Positions 26,201 through 35,680 of a stretch of DNA of 64,000 nt are shown in pieces (position 1 is the first letter of the stretch; the number at the start of each line of letters is the position of its first letter). Origin of the DNA: Octopus sinensis (taxonomy: Eukaryota); the NCBI RefSeq assembly GCF_006345805.1, contig NC_043015.1, positions 31,434,001 to 31,498,000 on the forward strand, read 5' to 3'. Position numbers and translations under genes: made by a program. The notes under the pieces are model-generated. The model saw nothing but the letters and a program-made list of their open reading frames with translations, ran no database searches and was not told the DNA's origin.

Positions 26201-27767
26201 ACTCTGGGTGATTCAGCAGAGTCTGTACTGTTGCCAGTATTCAGGCCAGGCCTGCAGTTTGAGCATACCTTCTTCCCTCACTCTCACCAGTTTTAGAGGC
26301 TATGTAAAGGGTCAAGGGTACTGATCTTTAACACACACACACACAAACAAAAAAAACCCTCCAAGGAGGATTTTAAGGACCAGGGCTTGAAATTGGTTAC
26401 ATGGAATGACTGAGGACAAATAACTTGTTTGGGATATAATGGTACATCAACATCCGCCAAATGAGTTGTTACGTTTGAGGGTTGGGTGAACTGAAGTCGT
26501 GTGTTCTGTCTAGAAATACAACAAAATGATTGGAGCAGTTTTGAACTTCTTATCTATGAGTTGGTCATCCATTCAGCTATCTCATGTCCACAATAGGCTA
26601 AATAATGAGAAGAACATTGGCAGAAAGTGTCACATTTTAGGGAAGGATATAGTTAAAGTCAACTTTCCATCTCAAAGGATGATAAGTGTATTTGAATGCC
26701 TATTTGAATCCTAAGGAAGCTCAACTTGATGTTACAAGGCATTTGTGCGACATCCTATACAGAGCATTTATAAAAAGTAATTAACACTGCCAATTAGCCG
26801 GCCGAGGTAAGAGCTGATAGGTTGGAAGTTCCTCTCACCGATAAAGTCACTTTGTTGTCATCTATAACCACGACAACATCAGTACCTGGTAGATATTGCT
26901 TTAGCTAACTATATCATAAACATGCATTAGTCACTTAACTTGCACAGCCCAGCTTATATCCATCCTTCTGGATCTTGAGAAGGGAAGCAGGAATTACTAA
27001 ATTATCAACAGAATGGATTAAGGGAGATTTCTTCACTGCTGTTTCAAAAACTTTGGTTCCACACACACATATACAAACGACTTGGTGCTTAACAGAGGAG
27101 GGGAACATCGAAAAGCTATTATTTAAATGTAAACAATAAGCAAAACGGGAAGAAGTCCGTTAGTTGTCGGAGCACTGCATCCTTCAAAACTTCCATGCTT
27201 CCTGAGATTCGCCAACACTACACCTGATCTTTCTCCTCCCCTCCATACACACAAGCAAGCATGGATCTGACTCATACACTGTTCACTTTCCAGACATTTG
27301 TACATTACTGCATATACTCTGACAAGTTGTGGTGCACCTGAGCACTGTATACAATAATTTCGTTATTATTTTACATTGATTTATGAATTCATTTATCAAT
27401 AAAGACAAAAAGTCTGTACTAAATTCAAACCCAACCAATTTAATAGCAAAGCAACTCTAGTTATAGCTCCCGTTGTATTCTGAAATGCTTATATCTCTAA
27501 ATATCGAAGTAATCCGGCAACACAACAAGGCACCGACCCATGCCTCGTAAGATACACGTGCTGAGACTGGCTGGCGGCCTTTTATACACAAACTATTCGA
27601 TTTCTGGATGAAACAACAAAAGAATTGGCATTTACTTCGTAGGAGAAAAGCTGGTAGTCATCGATGAGATGCAGGAGGTGGAATTTGTCGATGTTCGGCT
27701 CGCCCAAATGAGCGAGTTGGTTTTGTACGATGTTACAGAGGACAGCCTGATCGCAACCGACAGCCAT
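2823..27767 (-). CDS. PELP1: PELP1 (proline-, glutamate- and leucine-rich protein 1; Rix1 family), 19 coding exons, 2277 nt, 758 aa
   Basis: complement(join(2823..2882,4992..5063,6582..6752,7240..7578,8855..9055,10489..10544,10774..10861,11114..11252,11723..11830,14266..14357,16557..16650,17386..17533,18590..18716,19722..19778,21559..21630,22365..22514,23861..23966,25602..25666,27636..27767)). All introns GT-AG, phases chain correctly, no internal stop. Peptides are collinear with recalled human PELP1: RWFGLLLL..KYWL ~ RFEGLCLL..VSWL; HHLLNLIVEEG ~ HTLLGALYEG; EDTDLEVSSYCQEAM ~ EDSLEVSSFCSEAL; SMLKAFVEAPPD ~ AMLADFIDCPPD. Confidence 0.92.
3724..3949 (+). mobile_element. tRNA-derived SINE, family A (GGCGAGCTGGCAGAATCGTTAGC head)
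   Basis: Pol III A-box/B-box-like head (TTAGCACGCCGG ... GAGTTCAAATTCC). Near-identical copies at ~4065-4272 (-), 32996-33186 (+), 39389-40400 (multimer), 42045-42210 (+), 60566-60800 (+). Confidence 0.85.
4065..4272 (-). mobile_element. SINE family A copy, inverted relative to 3724-3949
   Basis: Reverse complement of the family A sequence, ending AGCTCGCCGCC. Confidence 0.85.
4518..4556 (-). ncRNA. Decayed minimal type-I hammerhead motif
   Basis: CAGA-CTGATGA-AGAG(CAATTA)CTCT-GAAACTAGGC-TCTG; canonical core but G in place of U16.1. Confidence 0.5.
4992..5063 (-). CDS. PELP1: PELP1 exon 18, acidic (YVECGEDSAEEENSAEEASEETNE)
   Basis: CTAATACAG / GTAAGT, phase 0->0; Glu-rich like the PELP1 acidic tail. 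Confidence 0.82.
6325..6545. mobile_element. piggyBac-type MITE (TTAA TSD, CCC...GGG ends)
   Basis: TTAA|CCCTTTAG...CTAAAGGG|TTAA; near-identical copy 36521-36741; partial copies at ~19840-20050 and ~20920-21090. Confidence 0.82.
6582..6752 (-). CDS. PELP1: PELP1 exon 17 (GASSSQAST...NSDSDIQ)
   Basis: CTCTTCCAG / GTAATA, phase 0->0; Ser/acidic low-complexity sequence. Confidence 0.78.
7240..7578 (-). CDS. PELP1: PELP1 exon 16 (VSSYCQEAM...TISFDE)
   Basis: TTTTACAG acceptor; GAG|GTCAGT donor chosen as best in-phase site, so the 3' boundary is less certain. Confidence 0.8.
8855..9055 (-). CDS. PELP1: PELP1 exon 15 (DIQVSLLQC...RASQEDTDLE)
   Basis: TTCTTCCAG / GTAAGT, 201 nt; matches the NUC202-like region RELYCLLLAL...QREDSLE. 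Confidence 0.9.
10489..10544 (-). CDS. PELP1: PELP1 exon 14 (ALRWIILTTGPRINAKFLN)
   Basis: TTTTACAG / GTAAGT, phase 1->0; matches GLSRTILMCGPLI. Confidence 0.88.
10774..10861 (-). CDS. PELP1: PELP1 exon 13 (MINTNKKGRPN...DLAVKALT)
   Basis: GTCATCAG / GTAAGT, phase 0->1. Confidence 0.85.
11114..11252 (-). CDS. PELP1: PELP1 exon 12 (NTKAEIYSCL...HILRDINIEESTMK)
   Basis: CCTTCAAG / GTGAGA, phase 2->0; matches THLLSDISP. Confidence 0.88.
11723..11830 (-). CDS. PELP1: PELP1 exon 11 (IRSLLAPFTLIVNDLF...ILVY)
   Basis: TTTTTCAG / GTAAGT, phase 2->2; matches GSRLLRFGILIGRLL. Confidence 0.88.
14266..14357 (-). CDS. PELP1: PELP1 exon 10 (SMQSLRKELY...SLLACLIK)
   Basis: CATCCACAG / GTAAGT, phase 0->2. 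Confidence 0.83.
15176..15412. repeat. Foldback inverted repeat (~95-bp arms) in PELP1 intron 9
   Basis: e.g. TTCTCAGAGTGACAGACATC / GATGTCTGTCACTCTGAGAA; GAAAGTAAGCCATAGGCA / TGCCTATGACTTACTTTC. Confidence 0.85.
16557..16650 (-). CDS. PELP1: PELP1 exon 9 (KPAVKSSDTFRFNILGILQLFHRFIDIGSKK)
   Basis: TTTTTCTAG / GTACAG, phase 2->0; matches ILDFICRTLSVSSKN. Confidence 0.85.
17386..17533 (-). CDS. PELP1: PELP1 exon 8 (DFQPLVLD...IRFGMACIDNLI)
   Basis: TTTCTATAG / GTAAGT, phase 1->2. Confidence 0.87.
18590..18716 (-). CDS. PELP1: PELP1 exon 7 (HIAQLVSIV...HHLLNLIVEEGDP)
   Basis: TTTTTCAG / GTTTGT, phase 0->1; matches LHTLLGALYEG. Confidence 0.85.
19722..19778 (-). CDS. PELP1: PELP1 exon 6 (HQVGEDWINKLFLQNIPAK)
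   Basis: CTTTCTTTAG / GTATGT, 57 nt, phase 0->0; weak similarity. Confidence 0.72.
21559..21630 (-). CDS. PELP1: PELP1 exon 5 (CPNQSIQSLTYCVEKFPQSADLFK)
   Basis: TTTTCAG / GTGGGT; matches CEQSALEGMKACMTYFPRACGSLK. Confidence 0.88.
21964..22210. mobile_element. Tc1/mariner-type MITE
   Basis: ~27-bp TIRs CAGGGTTGGCCAAAAGTCGCCTGACAG / CTGTCGGGTGACTTTGGGCCAACCCTG; TA on the left, CA on the right. Confidence 0.8.
22365..22514 (-). CDS. PELP1: PELP1 exon 4 (PHQPLEVRMM...LSNITC)
   Basis: TTCCAG / GTAAGT, 150 nt, phase 0->0. Confidence 0.88.
22814..22995. mobile_element. hAT MITE
   Basis: TIRs CAGTGGTTCTCAA / TTAAGTACCACTG; perfect 8-bp TSD CCTTAGAC. Confidence 0.88.
23347..23717 (-). mobile_element. 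SINE family B full-length copy in PELP1 intron 3
   Basis: Reverse complement of the 55452-55862 sequence. Confidence 0.85.
23861..23966 (-). CDS. PELP1: PELP1 exon 3 (WFGLLLLQRAACQ...TLSFLK)
   Basis: TTTACAG / GTGAGT, phase 2->0; matches the RFEGLCLLSLL region. Confidence 0.9.
24689..24908. mobile_element. Second piggyBac-type MITE family
   Basis: TTAA|CCCCTTGTTAC...GTAACAAAAGGG|TTAA. Confidence 0.7.
24930..25500 (+). mobile_element. RTE-clade LINE RT fragment in PELP1 intron 2
   Basis: VGVHQGLVLSPFLF, LLYADDL, WRKFRELLPLL with frameshifts and stops. Confidence 0.88.
25602..25666 (-). CDS. PELP1: PELP1 exon 2 (KSPALDKVFKEIHTLLESPKH-R)
   Basis: CTTTTCCAG acceptor, GTAATT donor, phase 0->2. 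Confidence 0.8.
25842..26049. mobile_element. hAT (Charlie/Buster-type) MITE
   Basis: TIRs CAGGGGTGGGCAAAC / GTTTGCCCACCCCTG; perfect 8-bp TSD TTCTAGAC. Confidence 0.92.
27636..27767 (-). CDS. PELP1: PELP1 coding exon 1 (MAVGCDQAVLCNIVQ...QLFSYE)
   Basis: AAAATGG start context in a CpG-containing stretch; GTAAAT donor; 132 nt, phase 0. Weak similarity to vertebrate N-terminus. Confidence 0.75.
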
Positions 27768-27914
27768 TTTCACGCCGAGAAACTACTTCTACTACATTAC
27801 CGCCACCTGCAACAAGGGGAGTAACTACTGTCCGAATATTGCTTCAGAAATTGCTCTTCTTTCTTCTAGCTCAGACACGGGTTGACAAGTTAGAATAAGT
27901 AAATAAATAAATAA

Positions 27915-27946
27915 ATATATATATATAAAATACACACACCACACAC

Positions 27947-27979
<33 letters not shown>

Positions 27980-27989
27980 TATATATATA

Positions 27990-28042
<53 letters not shown>

Positions 28043-28079
28043 ATATTATATATATATGTATATATATGTATACATATAT

Positions 28080-28118
<39 letters not shown>

Positions 28119-28164
28119 CATTATATATATATATATATTATATATATATATATATATTATATAT

Positions 28165-28202
<38 letters not shown>

Positions 28203-28233
28203 TCTATATATATATATATAGTATATATATATA

Positions 28234-28303
<70 letters not shown>

Positions 28304-28308
28304 GTATA

Positions 28309-28353
<45 letters not shown>

Positions 28354-28388
28354 TATTATATATATATATATACATATATATATATAAA
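27915..28388. repeat. (TA)n-rich microsatellite immediately upstream of PELP1
   Basis: Direct reading. Similar long tracts at ~43060-43510 and ~62620-63970. Confidence 0.95.
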
Positions 28389-28419
28389 ACTTAGATAAAA
28401 AAAACTTAGATATGTTTCG

Positions 28420-29420
28420 ACCAAAGATTGGTCCAGGCCATGTCTAACTTAATAGCACCACCTGATAGGATTATTCGAATTCTGTTTAAGTCAAGTTTTG
28501 TTTATGGTCCATTGAAGTAGTGAGTTCTTGTTAGGTGAGTTGTATCCAATTATGGGTGGCTTATCTGGTATTCTTTGAAGGAATCTATCCAGACTCTGTT
28601 TAAAGTTGATGGGATCCTTTTCCTCTTTGAACTCCCTCGGGACAATGTTAAATAGGGCAGGGCCTGTTGAGGAGAAGAAATTATGTTGCAGTGTACATGT
28701 ATGCTGTGATCTTGAGTTGGGCAGGGGACGTATGGCCCGTGGTCCCAGTCTTGGATGAGCCTTGAAGCTAATGTTAAGATCGTTTGGGCAAAGTTGGCAG
28801 TATATTCTCTACATCGTACAAATGATGTACCGCTCACGGCGATGCTGGAGAGAGTAAAGTTTCAAGGCTTTAAGGCGATCCCAATAATCGAGAGCAGCCA
28901 TGCCTTCAATTTGTTTAGTGAGTGCCCTCTGGGTTGACTCAATCCTGGAGAAGTTTTGTCTTGTATGGGGAGACCACAGTGGGCAGCAATATTCAAGGTG
29001 TGGCCGTACAAAGGAGGAGAAAAGTTGTATGATGACACCTTGTTCTCTGGACCGGAAAGTTCTTAAGATCCAGGAACTCATCCTACAAGCTATATCGACC
29101 TTCTTGTTGATGTGTGCACTCCAACTGAGATCGTCATCAACAATTACACCCAGGTCTCTGATATTGTTAGAGGCTGTGAGCGGTTCCCCTGAAGGAAGAG
29201 AGTATGGCTGTTTTAGTGAGGAATTTCTTCCAAAATGCATCAGCTCAAATTTTCCCTCATTCAGTTGTATTTTGTTTCAGTCTGCCCATTGACTCACAGC
29301 ATATAGATCAGACTGGAGTTGAGTTTGGTCTGCTTCTTCATTGACGATTTGCTGGAGCTTAGTGTCATCAGCAAATATTTTCACTTTGCAGTAATGTACG
29401 ACACTGGAAAGGTCGTTTAT
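28420..29420 (-). mobile_element. CR1/L2-group LINE 3' fragment (RT C-terminus)
   Basis: KIFADDTK (~29362-29380), IRDLGVIVDDDLSWSAHI, FVRPHLEYCCPLWSP, LYSLQHRRER. Confidence 0.88.
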
Positions 29421-29504
29421 GTAAATATATAATATTTATATTTAATATATATATATATATATACATATAATATATATATATATATATATCATCATCATCA
29501 TATG

Positions 29505-29535
<31 letters not shown>

Positions 29536-29579
29536 TCTCTCTCGCTCTCTCTCTCTCTCTATATATATATATGCACGTA

Positions 29580-29611
<32 letters not shown>

Positions 29612-29920
29612 AATAATTAGTTGTCCCTAAGTGAGACAACTCCCTCCCCCAATATACTGGCCTTGTGTCGAAATTTGAAACCGTTATTGCTAAGCGCAAA
29701 AAGGCAGCAAGCTGGCAGAATTGTGATTTTCATTATACTCTTTACTCTCTTAACTGATCGAGTGTTATTCTACTTGTTGAAGTCTTACCACATTATATAT
29801 ATATATAGATATATATATATATATATATATAGATTCAAATGAATATGATACTTAAGCCAAATGCATCAGAGTTTTGTACGGTGTTATCCATATAAATCCC
29901 TGGGGTGATTATAATCAAAG

Positions 29921-30218
29921 TAAGCAACAAGAATATCTTCGTTAATTTGGTACGATCGTTTCACGCTACATCATTTTATTTAAACATAGTAAGTATTACA
30001 TCAGTTTCAAAATGTTGAGCAATCATCAGCCATTCATAGAGGTTTTCCATCAATACATATACTTAACATGGAAATAAGTATATGTATTGATGGAAAACCT
30101 CTATAAATGGCTGATGATTGCTAAACATTTTGAAACTGATGTAATACTTACAATGTTTAATAAAATGATGTAGCGTGAAACAACCGTACCAAATTACCGA
30201 AGATATTCTTGTTGCTTA
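29921..30218. repeat. Near-perfect palindrome (~145-bp arms, 9-nt loop)
   Basis: Arms mirror from TAAGCAACAAGAATATCTTCG to TACTTA; loop ACATGGAAA at 30066-30074. Confidence 0.92.
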
Positions 30219-30235
30219 ATTTGGATATATATGTG

Positions 30236-30322
<87 letters not shown>

Positions 30323-30399
30323 TACACATATATATACACAAATGTAAGATCCAAGGATCAAGGTGTAAGGAGAAAGTGAGTTTCATGCAATCTGTAGAA

Positions 30400-31282
30400 A
30401 ATATTAAAAAATATTTTCCGGGAACAATAGTGGTTTATTGGGTTGTGAATGTTTCCTATACTGAAGTTGCCAGTGAAGACAGGAACCTCGCAGTTAGTGG
30501 TCCGACCCCACCAAATGTCTCGAATGCCACAGGATGGAAAATGTAGTCGGCCGACAGATCGCGGTATTTCAGGATTTTGTTTTGTTTGGCCACAGAAGCC
30601 GTTGATCTCGCCCTCACTGCAGCATCCAGGATGTGAGAAGAAGCAAAGGAGTCGCTAACAGTGACATCCCAGACAAGGCATCTGCCTTGCGACCAGGGGC
30701 ACAGGGTGAGGCCATCAAGTCTCTTCCCATCACATCTGGACAATTTAGATGGTTCCAAGATGGAGGAGGTATTTGCCCAGGCCAAGCTCCTATTGAGTAT
30801 CAGGTTCAGCTCCATATGACGCATGAAGTGACCAGCATTCAGGCAACAAGAAAGGCCATAGGGGCCTGTGGAGTTGAAGAGCCTGTCACAACGACAGATT
30901 AAACCTGTGCATACGTCAGCTCTCACTCTGAGGGCAATGGAGACATGAAGTTTGTCCAAGCTGAGTAGGCCACCAACATTAGCCACAGGGATGGCATCAA
31001 TCGAGGCACCCGAGTATTTGGCTCTAGCAGACAGTAAGCGGCACCTTGAAGACTGGTCTGACTGGATGAAGAAGGAGCCGAAGGTGGCCATCAAAATTAT
31101 GTTATCCCAAACTCTCTGACACCGACCGTCCTCCACCCTCTCAGGAGCAGACAAGTCCAATTCCCTCTAGTGTTGCAGAGCTTCATCCAACGCCCCGTTG
31201 AAACTGGTCCATGTTGGAGAGGAGAGGATGTTGCTCACCAGGGTGGGTGGAGGAAAGGAACCAGGGGAGAGAGGGACGAACA
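30400..31282 (-). mobile_element. CRE-like non-LTR retrotransposon 3' part with restriction-like (PD-D/ExK) endonuclease
   Basis: C-rich/H segment (CRCDR...LSCC...RH) followed by DGKRLDGLTLCPWSQGRCLVWDVTV...KILKY...PVAFETFG, the REL-endonuclease signature of CRE-type elements. Clade call rests on motif recall. Confidence 0.78.
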
Positions 31283-32248
31283 TGTAGCGTACGCTTAGTG
31301 AAATTCTCTCTCTCTGTTATATATAACATAAATACGGACGTAGCAGATAACAGCTAACCTTCGGCCGCTTGGGCCCTGTTGTGTCCACTACTCTGATTGG
31401 TTGGTTTTGGCGCAGTTTATCTCTTGTTCTATTATGTACCAATATGCAACCCAACTAATCACAACCTTCTGATAAGGTCCCGTGACACAGTTTTCCTAAA
31501 GCTCTGTTTGAGCCTATAATTTGCTATAAAAACAGCGATTTATCGAGTCGAGCGTCTTTGGTTCTAGACTACTGACCACAGAGCGACACAGTCAGTTCCA
31601 GCGACTACACCAGGAACAACTTGGAGAATCTACTCGTTCGTCCAGCAGTATTCAGGACCTCCATCTCCGTCGCTTTCGTCTTATCGGTGCCAACAACATC
31701 TCTACGTACACAGCAACATTCACCAAGGTATGCTGTTTGTGAACACTTCACCAAGGTTAACAGCCAGAACTACCTGTGAAATCTTCCTGTATCAAGTAAC
31801 CCGACAGTGGCATTGTAGCCACAACCTCTTACACAACACATGCAGTAACTGGCTCTGTCCTTTTTGCCTCAGCTTCTTCAACTATTGTGTACCTTACTAC
31901 GGATGGAACATTCAACTAACATCCTATTGTAGACTCTTTCTATGCTCTGCATTTTATCACACATGCATACACCCTTGTTTGTACATACCTACACATTATG
32001 TATGCTTGATGGCCTGTCTATTATTGCTTTTATTATATATGTACTTATGACGCACACACAGACACACACTCTGCTAACATCTAAATGAAACCATTTCTCT
32101 TAACATTCTACGGTTGTGTCGTCTTCCTTTTTCCTTTCTGGCACTCATATTCATTTCTTCCATTTTTGGCTTTTATTGTAAGGCGACCGTGCGGTGTAAT
32201 AAAGGAGTCATTCATTCGTCACCTTTCCTTTCGCACGGTCGTTCTACA
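31283..32248 (+). mobile_element. Solo LTR (966 bp)
   Basis: TGTAG...CTACA inverted termini; 4-bp TSD AACA (31279-31282 / 32249-32252); TATAAAA at 31525; AATAAA at 32198; flanks rejoin a LINE reading frame. Confidence 0.85.
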
Positions 32249-32252
32249 AACA

Positions 32253-32320
32253 CTTACGAAGACCAAGACCTCCAAATCGCTTGGGCAATGCAGCCTGACG
32301 TTGGAGAGACTCTGACATTG
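32253..32320 (-). mobile_element. 5' continuation of the CRE-like element beyond the LTR
   Basis: Translates QAALPKRFGGLGLRK (RT thumb LPxxxGGLG motif) and reads across the AACA TSD into 31282. Confidence 0.75.
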
Positions 32321-33261
32321 ACCAGGCTTAAAAGAAAGTACTGGGGTCGATTCGCTAGACTAAAATGTTTCAAAGCGTTGCTCCAGCATGGCCTTTCTCT
32401 GTCTGATTCTCTCTCTCTCTCTCACACACACACACAGGGCAATGAAGAAAATCACAATTTTTCTGAAAAGCAACTGAATCTCGTATATTTTTTGTTGATT
32501 TTACTCTTATCAATTATTTTTCAATACATTCGGGAATTTAATAACCCCATTTGCGTCAGTTATGAATTTAATAACAAAATATTTGTAGGATTTGACTTAA
32601 GCAATGGGAATATCACCCTTAATGTTCCACTAATTTTTATTCCTCAATTGTTCCGTTTTTGATTTAGGAACCACTCTGAGAAAAATTAAAATACACTTTT
32701 ACTTTCGGAATGAGTTGAAAATGAAGTATCGAAATATTTTTAGAAGATAAAATAATAAAAATTATTACAAGAATGTTCATCATCAAATAATACTTTCTTT
32801 ACATACCATAAAAGAAACAACTACTGTGTGTATAAACTATAGTGTATATTTACAAAATTGTGCAAAAATGTTCCATCTAATACGCCGCACATTGGATGCA
32901 CAAACAAGGTAGACTACTCTACTTGCCTAAGGTGCAGTACGTAAGGGACTGAACTCTAAACCCACGTTCTTAAGAAGTGAACTTCACCACGTGGCCATGA
33001 GCTGACAGAATCGTTAGCACGCCGGGCGAAATGCTTAGCAGTATTTCGTCTGCCGCTACGTTCTGAGTTCAAATTAAGCCGAGGTCGACTTTGTCTTTCG
33101 TCCTTTCAAGGTCGATTAAATAAATACCAGTTACGCACTGGGGTCGATATAATCGACTTAATCCTTTTGTCTGTCCTTGTTTGTCCTGACATATTTCAGC
33201 AAGCAAGGAAGCCACTAAATGTTCTGAAAACTCCTCACAGCCTTTGCTTTATCTGTTTTTG

Positions 33262-33319
<58 letters not shown>

Positions 33320-33648
33320 GACAGGCTTCTTTCAGTTTCTGTCTACCAAATAGACTCATAAGGTTGGCCCGAGGCTATAGTAGAAGACACTTGCCCAAGT
33401 TGCCACGCAGTGGGACTGAACCCGGAACCATGTGGGACTGAACCCGGAAAGCTTCATACCACACAACCACAAAGGTACTGGTAGGGTAGAAAAATAGGGT
33501 ATTTCCAGTGCAGCACTCCCCTTGAGCTTTAGGCTATCTACACTTTTGAATTCCAGACTAATATTGAAATTCTTGCCTAAGGTGCAACTCTATGACACGT
33601 GAAGCGACCAGTATTTAGGCAACAAGAAAGGCCATAGAGGCCTGTGGA

Positions 33649-34923
33649 CTATTTTGTGATCGTAAACTCGAAGTCTGAGTTCTCTCTGAGTTTAAAGTTT
33701 TTCGTCTCAAACTGAAGATTGAGGTATCCGTTTGGTGGGTCAAAATGGAAATGTCCCTAAATATCACCAAATCACATTGTGTTTTTGTCAAACTATATAG
33801 CGACTCCTTTGCTTCTTCTCACATCCTGGATGCTGCGGTCAGGGCGAGATCAACGGCTTCTGTGGCCAAACAAAACAAAAGGTGTAGAATATACTGGTTT
33901 CACAATGGTAAGACTGTTGTATGGGTTTAGCAAAGAGTAAAATATAATGCAAGTAAGAAGACAAAGACAGACTTTTGGAACATCTTTAATGATCAGTTAC
34001 AATTGTTTCTGTATGCAAGTTCATGCAAAAGTTTTATGTGAAAATTTGGCATTTGGAAGGGCATCCAGGTGTAGAAACCATGCAAAATCAGATTGGAACC
34101 TGGTGCAGTTTTCAGTCAAACTGTCCAACCTATGCTGGCATGGAAAACGGATGTTAAATAATGATGATGATTTATGGTTTTAAACATTAGAATGACACTT
34201 CCTCGGACCAGCATCAAAAGCTTGCTCTTACATCATGACATATTCTCTTTACTCTTTTACTTGTTTCAGTCATTTGACTGCGGCCATGCTGGAGCACCGC
34301 CTTTAATCGAGCAACTCGACCCCGGGACTTATTCTTTTGTAAGCCCAGTACTTATTCTATCGGTCTCTTTTGCCGAACCGCTAAGTAACGGGGACATAAG
34401 CACACCAGCATCGGTTGTCAAGCAATGCTAGGGGGACAAACACAGACACACAAACACGCACATACACACATATATATATACGACGGGCTTCTTTCAGTTT
34501 CCGTCTACCAAATCCACTCACAAGGCTTTGGTTGGCCCTAGGCTATAGTAGAAGACACTTGCCCAAGGTGCCACGCAGTGGGACTGAACCTGGAACCATG
34601 TGGTTGGTAAACAAGCTACTTACCATGCAGCCACTCCTGCGCCTATATATATATATATATATATTTTAGATGTTAAAAGCTATGGCCAGTCATAGTGACC
34701 ATTGGCTTTGCACTTATAAAGCACTTAGAGATATAAGTGACTCATCAGACTCAAATACTCTTTGAGTCTGATGAATCACATTTACTGCTAAGAGCTTTAT
34801 AGGTCCAAAACCAACCAAAGGTCATTCTATGATGACCAGCCACAACTTTTGAATTCCTAAAAGGTATATTACTACTCTGTTTTAGTTCTTTTTGAGATAT
34901 ATGAACTACCGATGATATATATA

Positions 34924-34973
<50 letters not shown>

Positions 34974-35648
34974 TAGAGGGAAACCACTATGTGGGTACAC
35001 TTATGCTAGAAATAGATCCGTTATGGTCTTACCACTAAGAAATGTTCTTAAGAAAAATTGAGAACATTTCTTAGTGGTAAGACCATAACAGATCTATTTC
35101 TAGCATAAGGGTGTCCACATAGTGGTTTCCCTCTAATATGTATACAATACAATTTTACTGAACCTTCAGTTTTTTTTTTATATGCTAGACCATTGGTGTG
35201 AAATCGATGTTAATTAAATTAAAATCTAATTTCTCACCCTCATTTTAAATTTAAATTTAAATGTATATATTTTCTATTTTCGATATATTTGGGGTACTTG
35301 GGTCTGCTCAGGACTTAGTGCTTGCTTTTTCCATGAGTATGAGTAAGTATTTCATTTATATCTCACGTATTTATCGCTGAAGAGGGGAAAATTCTTATGA
35401 ATTAACCCCGAAATTGGGACCAATACGGTAATAACGGATTTTTTAGAAATTTCTATTGGTTTGTTTCGAGACGCATAAATTATAATGGTTATTGACAATT
35501 TTGTCTTTTTTCAGCATATTTGGCATTAGAATTTTTCTTTTGCCCTTATTTTGTAAATTATTTATAAATTTAACCTTTAAAGGTATTTTTTGATATGCTG
35601 GCCATTGATAAAATTTTTTTCTCGAAAAAAATTTTATCCTACATTAGT

Positions 35649-35680
<32 letters not shown>

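Noticed and set aside
1-27500. Apparent CpG depletion in gene bodies versus retention at 27.5-43 kb (methylation footprint)
   Set aside because: Only a visual impression, confounded by repeat age; needs a CpG observed/expected profile and age-matched SINE comparison.
32114-32662. 182-aa ORF
   Set aside because: Chimeric reading across the LTR end, the antisense CRE fragment, a SINE piece and AT-rich DNA.
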